A stretch of DNA of 64,000 nt from Macrostomum lignano. Taxonomy: Eukaryota. Numbering within the stretch: the stretch's first letter is position 1; the number at the start of each line of letters is the position of its first letter. The translations under genes and the position numbers were made by a program. Under the pieces are notes generated by a model that did not search any database, had not been told where the DNA came from, and saw nothing but the letters and a program-made list of their open reading frames with translations. Location: assembly GCA_002269645.1 (NCBI GenBank), contig NIVC01002808.1:1-64000 (forward strand), in the 5' to 3' direction. Below are positions 1-26,650 of this stretch, piece by piece.

Positions 1-504
1 GCCGGGTGGGGGCTCTCAGGCTTTGTCTCTCTCTCCCTTCCAATATACTTGTTGACTGTATTGCATTGTTAAGAAATCGTCTGAAGTGCCGGGTTGCGAC
101 CCAGTTGCGATATAGATTTCAGTATAGCCAATTTTAATTCGCAACATGACATGATGAGAGTGCCACAAGCAATTTAGAAAGGAATTATTCATGACCTCCC
201 AGATTTTGGCATTGATTTCGCAACCGTATAAAAGCTACGAAATGTCAAACACTTTGAAAAAGGTCGAAAGGGCGAAAAACAAGAAAAGACAAATTGACTT
301 GTCCGAGTGGACGCACCAATATATGCTAATGGTGCGGGCGGGTCACAACGGCGCAGTCCTGCTTGGTGCCCACGCAATCAGTGCCAAAAATGAACTGTTT
401 TGGTACAGATGGACGGCCTATTGTATAACTAATGATGGATAGCCCATTTGCTAGCATATGCACGTCCAATAACTTCCTTTAATGCCAAACACGCAATTTC
501 GCAG

Positions 505-3500
505 GCCTGGGTGGCAGCCACTATCCGAGCGCCTACCACAGGGACCAGCATCCCAGCCAGCAGCAACACTTGCAGCATCAGCAGCAGCAGCTGGCTTGCT
601 ATCCAGCCAGCCAGCAGGCGGTGGCCGCCACGCCGCAGTTTCCGCCCGCCAGCGCCATCATCGAGCTGCCCGAGATTGGTGGCGGCATCGGTCAGCAGTT
701 TGGCCTCGTCAACAATTCGTCTGGCGGCAGCGCCGGTGGCAGCGGCGGAACTGACGCGCCCGGGGCGGAGGCGGCATGGATGATGGCAGCTGCGTCAAGC
801 ACCAGCAGCTCCATCATCATCTGCACCATCAGCAGCACCTGCTGCGCCATGGCGCCGGCTCCGGAGCCCCGGCTGGTAGCGGCGGCGTGGCCAAGCTGAA
901 GAAGCCGAAGAAAAAGAAGAGGGACCCGCACGAGCCGCAGAAGCCGGTGTCCGCCTACGCCATGTTCTTCCGCGACACCCAGTCAAAGATCAAGGCCAAG
1001 AAGCCGGACGCCAGCTTCGGCGAGATCAGCAAACTGGTGGCTTCGATGTGGGACAATCTCGACCAGGAGGACAAGAATGTGAGTACACCAGCCTTGTTAG
1101 AGATCTGATGCTCTCATGTAGTCGGACTTGCGAAGGTCAGCGATTCCCAGCTCACAGGGTCATAAAAAAACTTTATCAAGTCCGATGTCATTAAAGATTA
1201 AAAAGCCAGACAGAAAAGCCGCCGACACCAACCATCAAAATCAAGAAAACAAAAGACCGAGGGGATATAAGATATTGGAGAACAAGAATTTGATTGATGA
1301 TCGAAGCCACGCGACCATAGACAGGCTTAACAATAGCGAGTCACCCAGCGTCCACTAGCGCCTCATCGCTTCTCATTCCATTTCTAGCTGAGCACACTTG
1401 CAATCAGATAAAGCTTTTTATCGCAGTCCAAGAGGATCAAAACTTATTCATCAAGAGTTTTTTTCGTTAAATATTCCTCGGAATTTGCACGGTCCATAGG
1501 AGAGGAAAGGATTTTAAGAGAACAGGATTCCAAGTGGGGATTTCCGTCTAAGATAGTGTTCAGTTAGACTAAATGCCTAAATCTTTATATGTTGCAATTG
1601 GAGAACATTTAAATCCCTTCTCTCTTTCCACGGCTTGTCATCAGATCCCAGCCAGTTGATAAGAAAGCAGAGCCCGAACCCATTCAAAATCATATTTTTT
1701 TGAACTGATTGGGAAAATGCTTGAAAGACACGGCTAGGTTGCAGTCGGCATTTGGGATCGCCGAAATCGTTTCTTGCAACACTACTATTGCAATTATATA
1801 AATGAACAGGGAAGGTTTCAATTTGAATCGTTTGAACTGGCTACACTGTTACATAAATACTATAGTAGCAGGGATTAATAAAAATTCTCATTGCTTTAAA
1901 AGCCCTTGCAACGGTTCCACCTTAGAGACAAGCAATAAACACAATTATAAGAACATCTATAGACCAGCCAAAGCATTTTAATAGCTTAAAAGCAGAAAAG
2001 GCATACAAGCAAGTTAACAATTGCTTTAGAGAAGAAAATAAAACTTGTCGAGCAGAGCAGACAGGCGCGCGCATCAGAGATGGGAGCGGACAGATAAACT
2101 GCACCCGCTGTTAAGGCACACGTGTCCTCAGTCTGATTTCAAGCCCCCGAGACCGCTAATAAAACTCGAGAGGGCACGGAGCTTTGAGCTTTGAGCCGTT
2201 CAGCTCCAGAATCATCGCTGGAGTGATAGGGATCTCAGGCTAGTTTGCAGAAGCAGTCTGCGGCTCCAGGCATCCTGGGCGCCCGAGGGGGGGGAGATGA
2301 CAGAGAGAGAGCGCGCCATAAAGTCGGTCGCTGTTTATTGCTGGAGGAGATTCCAGGCCAACTGCAACAACTAACGGCATTGTTCGATATCTATACTAAA
2401 GCAATCGAGTCTTCTAGAAGCTTACCTGTACACACAGGTATCTTCTCCCAGGGGCTGCTTAGGTTTCAGGGGGAAATTCAGTCAGACGAGGCTCAATAGG
2501 CAAGCCTTCCTAATTATCCCATAGGGAGCAGTTTCGAAATCAAAGCTCAGTAGTGCAGTGCTCCCCCCCCCCCAATTTGGCAATCAGTTTGCGCACGGTT
2601 CGCTGAACTCACCAGCAGGGAGCTCACTTAATTCCCAATGGAGTCATTATTTAATCTGAAGAGACACACGCGCGCGCACAACTCAAGACAAAGCTGACGC
2701 AAGAAAATTAGCAATATAAAATACGCTCGTACAGCTAGAGTGTAAAAAATTGATTAGAGGCTAAACACGTAGTAGTCAACATTGCCAAGTCAATCTGTCT
2801 CAAACAACAACAAATGCCAATTGCAGACAGGCAAGCGCGCACGCCAATTGCGCTCACTACACTGCCATTGCTGTGCCAGTCACAGGAATCGCTTGAAGAA
2901 GAACAGAAGGAGGAAAGACTAGAGGGAGAGAGAAAACTCTTCAGGCATTCAGCATCGCGCTATAGGGCCGTCCTGTCAATCTATCCTCATCATTCATTTT
3001 TCTTTTCCTATTTCTCTAACAGCGCATTCTCCAATTGAGGCTAAACTTCAGCCACAATATCTCTAGGCCGCACTACCAGTGCAGGCTGGTGGGACAAATA
3101 GCCGGTGAGCAGCTAGAAAAGTTTGCTAGAGTTGTGCGCGGACAAGTTGCCAGGCAAAACTGTTTGCTTGAGGCCCGGACGGGGGGGAGGGAAAGTGGTC
3201 GGTTGAAGAGCACGCCAAAGTAAAGAAGGAGAGGGAGGATTTCCCAACGCATCATAAAGCAGTGACAGACAAAAAAGTGGACGGCAGAGGCGACGGCGGG
3301 AGAAGCGACTGTTGAGCGATGACAGACAGGCGAGCTTGACTTGACAAAAAGTCCCCCCACCAAGGTTGTCAATAATGCAAAACATTTTCATGGCTTGGGT
3401 TGCAGAATCCAAAAAATTCGATCCCAGCAAACTTTTTTTGTTGCGAAAAACTGTTGCTCAAGAGGCAGTTATTGCTGATGCAAGCGTGGCTAAATGCACC

Positions 3501-6500
3501 TCTTCTGATGAAAACACTGAGCTGATAAATTACTATGGCTAAAAATATTGGCCGTCTCGAATGTAAGCCAATAATTACAGTAGGAAATTGAAAGCACAAC
3601 TCAGAAGTGAATTTAGAATCGTCCACTCTGCCCCTCCAAACTCTTCATTGCTGCTGCTGCTGCGTTGGCTGAACAGCAACGCGGCGCACCCAGCTGGGAC
3701 GGGTCAGGGAGTGGCGAGAGAAAGTGTGAATAAATAATCAGCTTCCACCAGGTGGCAGGCGGCAGATTACAACAACCGAAGCCTGCAGGGAAGAGAAGAC
3801 AGAGTGTGTGGGGGATGAGAGCGGGCTCGGCGTCTTCACCTTCAGTGCTCTGCTTCCCAAAGCGCGCTTTCAACGAAATCCCTCAGAAGCATTCCAAATC
3901 GCAAGCCACTCATCTCTCAGCTGCAACTATAACGCTATAACAAGCTATATAAAATTGGTTTACGAATTCTAGTTGAAGTATATATATAAAACACACGATC
4001 CTGCGAGACAGGGACCAGCACTGAGCTGCGCTCCTGTTGTTGCTGCTGCCGCCCCAGCATTGCCCGCATCAAGGACAAAACAGACGCTGAATCTATAGCG
4101 CTTCCATTTGACAAAAGCGACTTGAATTTTTTGTGCCAGATGACCAGTCAGAATTGAATTGGCCGTGTTGTGCCAGCAAAGCTTTGCTGAAAAATAAAAA
4201 TATTATAATTGGTTGCGCTTCCCAATCCAATGACCCTTGACAAAGTTAACTCTGCTTTTTACGCACAGCGGGAGATTTTTCAGGCAATAAGACTGGGCTC
4301 TGGGCCTTCAATTAGGGAGTCGGAGAATAATAAATAGACTTGCAAAGTCTTTCCAGTTTCTCTCTCACTCCTGCAGCCCTCAATTTCTTGTTTCAATAAA
4401 TCAGCCACAATGAATGGACGCCACCCCCCCCCCCCAAGACAGTCAGACATTCAATTGAAGAGAACAATTGAATCCCAGATGCAGACTCCCAATGCCCAAT
4501 CCCGCATATTCCCTCTAAACACTGGGACGACATCGTGGAGAATTCCCACAGACACCGAAAACGCGTCGCAGCATTGTGGCAAAAGCAGACAACTTTTCTA
4601 AATTGTTTTTTTTCTCTCTTTCCTATTCAATCACTTCTCTCTCGATTACTCACGCTCACTTCACGGATGCGGGCCGATTCACACGGCCACCTAAGTACCA
4701 AATTAGTCAATTCCAATATCCAAACTGAACACTATCGATATATGTATTTATTATGTATTATTCATTATTATGCACACGCAGGACTACAAGAAGCGAACTG
4801 AGACGGCCAAGAAGGAGTACCTGAGGAAGCTGGCAGCCTACAAGGCCCGCATGGTGTCAATGGTAAGCGGATACCGGATGCAAACTGCATCTTGAAATTA
4901 AATGCTTGAATTTGATTCTGAAACTTATATGCCTTGCAGGAAACTCCGCTCGGCTACGGAAATGCCACCACCTACATCGACCTGGGCTACTATCAACAAC
5001 CGGGATTCGCGCAGAGGCATTCGTATTACCAGCAGCAGCAGCAGCAGCCACAACATCAGCATCCTCAGCCTCACCAGCAAAGCCACATATCGCAACCACA
5101 GCAGCAGCCGCAGCATCCCGCCGTGATGGCCAATCAGCATCATTCCGCTTACAGCTATCACCATCAGCAGCATCATCAGCACCTCCAGCATCAGCAGGCC
5201 ATGCAGCAGCATCAGCAGCAGATGCATCAGGCCATGATGTACTACCCTAATCCGGTGGCCAGTCCGACTGATACTGGTGCAGGCATGATGGTGAGCAATG
5301 AGTTAATGGGATAATAAATGGCATTCCACGGCCTATGGCCTTCTTATTCCATGTCTCCATGGGTTTGGTATTCCATGTCTCCATGGGTTTGGTATTCCAT
5401 GTCTCCATGGGTTTGGTATTCCATGTCTCCATGGCTTTGGTATTCCATGTCTCCATGGCTTTGGTATTCCATGTCTCCATGGCTTTGGTATTCCATGTCT
5501 CCATGGGTTTGGTATTCCATGTCTCCATGGCTTTGGTATTCCATGTCTCCATGGCTTTGGTATTCCATGTCTCCATGGCTTTGGTATTCCATGTCTCCAT
5601 GGTTTGGTATTCCATGTCTCCATGGGTTTGGTATTCCATGTCTCCATGGGTTTGGTATTCCATGTCTCCATGGCTTTGGTATTCCATGTCTCCATGGCTT
5701 TGGTATTCCATGTCTCCATGGGTTTGGTATTCCATGTCTCCATGGGTTTGGTATTCCATGTCTCCATGGGTTTGGTATTCCATGTCTCCATGGGTTTGGT
5801 ATTCCATGTCTCCATGGCTTTGGTATTTTATGGCTCCATGGCTTTGGTATTCCTACTCTGAACCGATTACCCAATTCTTTAAATTCACAGGCTGGCGAAG
5901 ACTTAAATCAGCAGCAGCAACATCTTCAGCAACAGCAGGCTCGCAACCACTATCCGGCTGTCGGCGGACACTGCGGCTACTCCGCCCAGCTTCAGCAGCA
6001 CCACATGCAGCACCAACAGCATCCAATTCAAATGCATCACCAGCAGCAGCACATGCAGCAGCATCACGGATACGGCCAACAACAGCAACATCAGCAGCTA
6101 GACGCCTCCGGCTACCAGCAGGGACAACAAGCGGCCAGCATTCCTTCGCCAACTGCAAGCGCGGACACGCCGAGCGGCGACAGCAGCAGCAACTGCCAGG
6201 CTACTCCACAGGCGGCCTCGTCGCCAGCCTCCACTATAATGCATCACCAGCAGCAGCAGCAGCAGCAAGGCTTGGCAACGCCAACCGGAATTGGGGGAAC
6301 AACTTGGTGCCAGCCGTTGAAGAAGGCCGACGACGCCTACCCGGCACCCGTCGGCGGCGAGGATGGGGGAGGAGCGGCGCAACTTCGGTGAGGACTGAAG
6401 CGGATTCTCAGATACAATTTCTGGTATCGATTGGTTTAGGGCGATTCTCGGGATTGGTTTAGAGCGATTCTCAGGGTTGGTTTAGAGCGATTCTCAGGAT

Positions 6501-8074
6501 TGGTTTAGAGCGATTCTCAGGATTGATTTAGAGCGATTCTCAGGATTGGTTTAGAGCGATTCTCAGGGTTGGTTTAGAGCGATTCTCAGGGTTGGTTTAG
6601 AGCGATTCTCAGGATTGGTTTAGAGCGATTCTCAGGATTGGTTTAGAGCGATTCTCAGGATTGGTTTAGAGCGATTCTCAGGATTGGTTTAGGGCGATTC
6701 TCGGGATTGGTTTAGAGCGATTCTCAGGGTTGGTTTAGAGCGATTCTCAGGATTGGTTTAGAGCGATTCTCAGGATTGATTTAGAGCGATTCTCAGGATT
6801 GGTTTAGAGCGATTCTCAGGGTTGGTTTAGAGCGATTCTCAGGGTTGGTTTAGAGCGATTCTCAGGGTTGGTTTAGAGCGATTCTCAGGATTGGTTTAGA
6901 GCGATTCTCAGGATTGGTTTAGAGCGATTCTCAGGGTTGGTTTAGAGCGACTCTCAGGGTTGGTTTAGAGCGACTCTCAGGGTTGGTTTAGAGCGACTCT
7001 CAGGATTGGTTTAGAGCGATTCTCAGGGTTGGTTTAGAGCGATTCTCAGGGTTGGTTTAGAGCGATTCTCAGGATTGGTTTAGAGCAATTCTCAGGGTTG
7101 ATTTAGAGCGATTCTCAGGATTGGTTTAGAGCAATTCTCAGGGTTGGTTTAGAGCGATTCTCAAGATTGGTTTAGAGCGACTCTCAGGGTTGATTTAGAG
7201 CGATTCTCAGGGTTGGTTTAGAGCGACTCTCAGGGTTGATTTAGAGCGATTCTCAGGATTGGTTTAGAGCAATTCTCAGGATTGGTTTAGAGCGATTCTC
7301 AGGATTGGTTTAGAGCGATTCTCAGGATTGGTTTAGAGCGATTCTCAGGATTGGTTTAGAGCGATTCTCAGGATTGGTTTAGGGCGATTCTCGGGATTGG
7401 TTTAGAGCGATTCTCAGGGTTGGTTTAGAGCGATTCTCAGGATTGGTTTAGAGCGATTCTCAGGATTGATTTAGAGCGATTCTCAGGATTGGTTTAGAGC
7501 GATTCTCAGGGTTGGTTTAGAGCGATTCTCAGGGTTGGTTTAGAGCGATTCTCAGGGTTGGTTTAGAGCGATTCTCAGGATTGGTTTAGAGCGATTCTCA
7601 GGATTGGTTTAGAGCGATTCTCAGGGTTGGTTTAGAGCGACTCTCAGGGTTGGTTTAGAGCGATTCTCAGGGTTGATTTAGAACAATTCTCAAGATTGGT
7701 TTAGAGCGATTCTCAGGGTTGGTTTAGAGCGATTCTCAGGGTTGGTTTAGAGCGATTCTCAGGATTGGTTTAGAGCGACTCTCAGGGTTGGTTTAGAGCG
7801 ACTCTCAGGATTGGTTTAGAGCGATTCTCAGGGTTGGTTTAGAGCGATTCTCGAACATGGTTGGGGGGGGATTCTGGAAACTTAAATTAACCTTGTCTTG
7901 GATTAATTTTAAACAAATAAAATTATTTGTGCTATATCTGCTTCTAGCCTACTAGCAGTAGACACAATTTCATATTATTCACCGCTATCCAATTGCAGGG
8001 ATATGTACGCCTACTGGATGGGGCGGCAGGAGGCGCCGGCAGCTCAGGACAGCTTCAGTGAAGCGGTCATGTGA
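505..8074 (+). CDS. TOX: TOX-family HMG-box transcription factor, polyQ/polyH-rich; 5' part probably upstream
   Basis: The HMG box [57 protein letters not shown]|[26 protein letters not shown] matches TOX/TOX2-4. Inferred exons: 505-1078, 4782-4862, 4940-5290, 5891-6387, 7999-8074 (TGA). All introns are GT-AG with matching phases. One apparent 1-nt frameshift at the G-run 762-765. Confidence 0.9.
5337..5850. repeat. 24-bp minisatellite CCATGTCTCCATGG(G/C)TTTGGTATT, ~21 copies, TOX intron
   Basis: Directly visible tandem array; it explains the overlapping spurious ORFs. Confidence 0.95.
6425..7855. repeat. 22-bp minisatellite TTGGTTTAGAGCGATTCTCAGG(A/G)-type, ~65 copies, TOX last intron
   Basis: Directly visible tandem array. 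Confidence 0.95.
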
Positions 8075-9420
8075 GATGATGGCGATGAAACAACCCAGCA
8101 GCGCCCACGCCTGCGCACAGTTTCACTTTCTCTCTGTCATGCTCATCGGTGCGGCCTGCGCCAGGAGATCCCAGCCTCATCCGCATTGTCCAGCACTCAG
8201 TGACTCAATTTAGAGAATGAATCAAATTCACAAAACAGACCCCACCGCCCAGAGACAGCCAAGTCTCAAACCACTGAAGAAAGAGAGTCAATGTTTTCAT
8301 TTTTTACTTTCTATGCGTTTCCAATGCTTGCATGTTGCACGGGTTTGGCTGCGTTGTGAAAAAAAAATATATATTTAGTTGTTTGAAAATCAACAAAATT
8401 TCCCAATCAATTCCTCAGCATCCTATCGTTTGTTGATAAACTTCAGAGCAAAGTACACTGCAAACTTTTCTATATCTATCAAACCTGTAATTTTCGTTTG
8501 ACTTAAACCCTTGACAAAGGCGAGATTCCCTCCCCAGCCATGGTTTCCTCGCGCGCATTGGAATCTGTATTGTTACTTATTTTTCTCTCCTGCAACTCGC
8601 TGCTTGTTTCTTGAATGACAGACTTGTTTCCACTGTGTTTTGCCGCTCCTATGCGAAAGCAGAGAGTTTGCAAAAAACACCTCTTTCTCATGCCCGAAAA
8701 TTAAAACAAAGCAATTTTCTAATCTACATGTAGCTATGTAAATATATTTAGTGGCTACTGCTGCGACGATAGCAGTAGTAGTGTGACGCGCGCATTGAAA
8801 TGAAAAAAACGAATAAAACGAAACAATTTAAACGGGAAAAATGACTCTTTCTGGTTTTTAAATCATCACACAGATTTCAATTTTAAATTTCTCTGGAGAA
8901 TATGATTGTTTAGAAGATCCAAATCAGTGTTTTTCTGAGCATCCGACTCATGCAGATATGTTCTATAACCCGAGAAAACGGTATCTAGGCCAAGGTCGTA
9001 TCAGAGTCGCTTCAAACACAGGTAAATAGGAAAGAAGTGACTCTCTAAAACGACGAGATCTCACGCTACAAGTCGCCAAAAAGTCGCCAAAAGTCAATTT
9101 GAGATGTTTTATGGTCTGCGAGTCTGACACAACTCTGGGGCCGTAAAGTCGTATCTGAGGCGTGCCAGAGTCGCTGTAGAGTCTCTGAGTCGCTTTGTAA
9201 TAAGTGAAAGGCATGCGCGAGGAGGCTCACATTGAAAAAGTTTACTGTTCACACGTTCTTTACTTACTACTCGTTTAGTAAGCGATATATAACATGTTTT
9301 TTTAATAAGAAAACTTTCTCGCTTCCAAAATAGCAGAGCTGCTTTGCAGGTTATGCAGAATTTCTTTCAACTATAATCTGAACCGTGCATTTTGCGATCG
9401 GAAAAAAGATGCTGGCTCAC

Positions 9421-23582
<14,162 letters not shown>

Positions 23583-24767
23583 GGTCTGACTGCTTTGAAC
23601 ATTGCAATAGGCACAATTCAGAAATGAAAAATATACATGTATTACTGTGATAAAAGTACATTCTTTGCCCTTAAAACAATAAAGTCTACTTTTTATATAT
23701 TTAACATTGCTAGGACAGTCAGAAAACTAGAATTTATTTTTCTTTTAAAAGAGAAATAGAGTTTTAATAATTACTATAAGTTTCAGGTTTATGAATATGA
23801 TCACAAACATAGTCATGACTAATGTTTAAATTTTGTTTTAATCTAAGTCTATAAATGAATACAAATTAATTCCTGGTTAAAAATAATTCTGTCTTTTTGT
23901 CCAATTTTTGTCCGTTTTCTGTCCATTTTCTGCGGAAAAGCCTCAAAAACGGACCAGGAGAGTCAAAAGCGGATATTTTTGTCCGTTTTTTTCACTTCCA
24001 GAAAAAACGGATACCAAAGGGAACAAAAGCGGACTTGCGCTTTAAACGGAAATAAAAGTGGACATAGAAGTGGACAAGGGCAAAGAAAGTTTAAGCCACC
24101 GTCCGCTTTTATTTCCACATTCTTGTCCACTTTTTAGTCCACTCTGTAAGGACTTAAAGTGGGACAGAAAAGCAGACAAAGACGGACTTAAATTTTGAAT
24201 GTATGTCTTTTTTTGTCCCCTTTGAGGTCCGACTTGCTGGCCACTTTATGTGGACTTTTTGTTATAATGTAACGTGATGTATTTTAATGCTACCGTAACG
24301 CAACGTACTGACTTAATAAACACATGTAAGCCATATCACTTTCTAGCCCATTAACTAGATTCATTCCGGTGTCTATACCTAAGCAGTGACTTATTTAAAC
24401 TTCAAGTTATAAGGCACAGACTTCTGTATGAGTTCTTCTACAGCTTGCAATTAACTATCTAAGCTACATAATGTAACCTGCATACCTGTTTGTTTCAGCT
24501 GCCTAATATGGACCACTGGTCCCATGCCGCAACCTGATCAATTTGTTCGGCTCTTGTGGAAGAGAGCCGATTGTTGCGTGTTGAGAACAATCGGCTTCGC
24601 GAATCAGGACACTCGTCGCCTATATTTAACACCGGTGCGACCGTGAGGTTTCATCGTGCCATGGTTGCCTGCGACATACTGCCACCTACACAGGTAGTTG
24701 AGACAGCATGGCCATTTGAATCGCACAATCAAAGCAGACCAGATCAGTTGGCGTCGTCCACTAAGGC

Positions 24768-25468
24768 CCACGGCTCCGAGACCCAAGGCCCAGTCGCTGA
24801 CGATGACGGCTCCGAGACCCAAGGCCCAGTCGCTGACGATGACGGCTCCGAGACCCAAGGCCCAGTCGCTGACGATGACGGCTCCGAGACCCAAGGCCCA
24901 GTCGCTGACGATGACGGCTCCGAGACCCAAGGCCCAGTCGCTGACGATGACGGCTCAGAGACCCAAGGCCCAGTCGCTGACGATGACGGCTCAGAGACCC
25001 AAGGCCCAGTCGCTGACGATGACGGCTCAGAGACCCAAGGCCCAGTCGCTGACGATGACGGCTCCGAGACCCAAGGCCCAGTCGCTGACGATGACGGCTC
25101 CGAGACCCAAGGCCCAGTCGCTGACGATGACGGCTCAGAGACCCAAGGCCCAGTCGCTGACGATGACGGCTCCGAGACCCAAGGCCCAGTCGCTGACGAT
25201 GACGGCTCCGAGACCCAAGGCCCAGTCGCTGACGATGACGGCTCCGAGACCCAAGGCCCAGTCGCTGACGATGACGGCTCCGAGACCCAAGGCCCAGTCG
25301 CTGACGATGACGGCTCCGAGACCCAAGGCCCAGTCGCTGACGATGACGGCTCCGAGACCCAAGGCCCAGTCGCTGACGATGACGGCTCCGAGACCCAAGG
25401 CCCAGTCGCTGACGATGACGGCTCCGAGACCCAAGGCCCAGTCGCTGACGATGACGGCTCCGAGACCC
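24768..25468. repeat. 30-bp minisatellite GGCTCCGAGACCCAAGGCCCAGTCGCTGACGATGAC-type inside the transposon, ~23 copies
   Basis: Directly visible; gives GSETQGPVADDD-like ORFs in several frames. Confidence 0.95.
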
Positions 25469-25699
25469 AGGAAATGGATTCCAATATCTAATAAATTTAT
25501 GTCCTCCGTCATTCCGAAATTCAGTGATGGTGTTTCAGCAAGCATGGATGACGGCACAAAAGAGAGAAGACGCAGACAATCTTTAACGCGTCGCCTATAC
25601 ATGCAGCGCAGAAGGGCTTGCACGCCTATACATGCACGCCAATACATGCAGCGCAGACGGGCTGAGTCCGCTCTACGCATCGTAGATGGCGTAGAGCGG

Positions 25700-26650
25700 A
25701 CGCTTCGGCTGCACCCTCTTCTCGGCCTTTTCGACGCACCGGCTAGAACGGATGCTTTCGGAATGAGACGCTGCGCGGCAAGGTAACGGTCTACTAAAGC
25801 ACATACGTAATTTGCCTTGCACCTTTGCTATTCGATAAAGGTGCTATATCGCGACCACGAGTCAGGGGGGTGGTGGAGGCCGGCGTTTCCCCGTTCGTGT
25901 TTCGCAGGCCATGCAGCGAGAAGCTGCAGAGCAGGGCTGCACCCAGACCTCTGTTCGCAACATGATGGATACCCTGACACTGGTCCAGGTCCGACAAGAG
26001 ACACATGCCGGTCCGAACACAGACACGCTCGGTGCGTTGGCTTTCGCCTCTGGCCGCGATAGCCGGTTTCGACTTCATCCGGTCCTGCCCTCCTTGCTAC
26101 CTGCATCAGCTTTTGTCGGGGACGCTGAAGCGGATGCTGGTGCAAATGTTTCTCCCTACTTGGGACAAACCAGAGAAGGGCCCATCCAATTGTCTCAACC
26201 TGCACGGGCGCATCGACGACGTTGACGAGCGTTTGCGAGCAATTGTTGTGCCCAGGTGATCATGTGATCACTGCTCATTTCTCAGGTTTAGTCAAAATAC
26301 TACCTAGACTTTCGCGGGGACTTGCCTCTCATTGAAGGTCTGTGCAGCGGCAGCAGGTACGGCCGTTGTCGGAGATTCGACACTTCCGTGGCCACGAGTA
26401 TGAGATGTGGTAATTTGCACTGGGTTTTCTGTCTCTGCGCGGCATCCTAGAGGAGACCCATTACCAGCATCTCATGCTGCTGTCGACCGCTTAAACACTG
26501 GATCGTGTGCCCATTGCCGAACTGGCACACGTCAGACAGTCGCTTCTGTACTTTCACAGGAAGCTGCCTAGGCTGTACTCGCAGCGCGCACTGACATACA
26601 ATGCGCACCAGGCATAAATGCCCTTCACTAGTAATATTTTAGGCACTGGT
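25700..26650 (+). pseudogene. EnSpm/CACTA-type transposase relic with stops and frameshifts
   Basis: Motifs in the expected order: FDAPART (25730-25750), LSPLAAIAGFDFIRSCPPCYLHQLLSGTLKRML (cf. FD..R..P.DYMH...LG..K), RPLSEIRHFRGHEYEMW (cf. RSL..L..WKA.E.R.W), RGILEETHYQHLMLL, LYSQRALTYNAHQ (cf. LYG....TYNVHQL). In-frame stops lie between the blocks. Confidence 0.75.

Noticed and set aside
1380-1700. Minus-strand TYKDLGI resembling a non-LTR RT thumb motif
   Set aside because: Short match surrounded by stops; insufficient to call an element.
24556-25786. 311-362 aa repeat-protein ORFs (GSETQGPVADDD / APRPKAQSLTMT)
   Set aside because: Open in several frames and on both strands because the 30-bp unit lacks stops; it lies inside a decayed transposase region.
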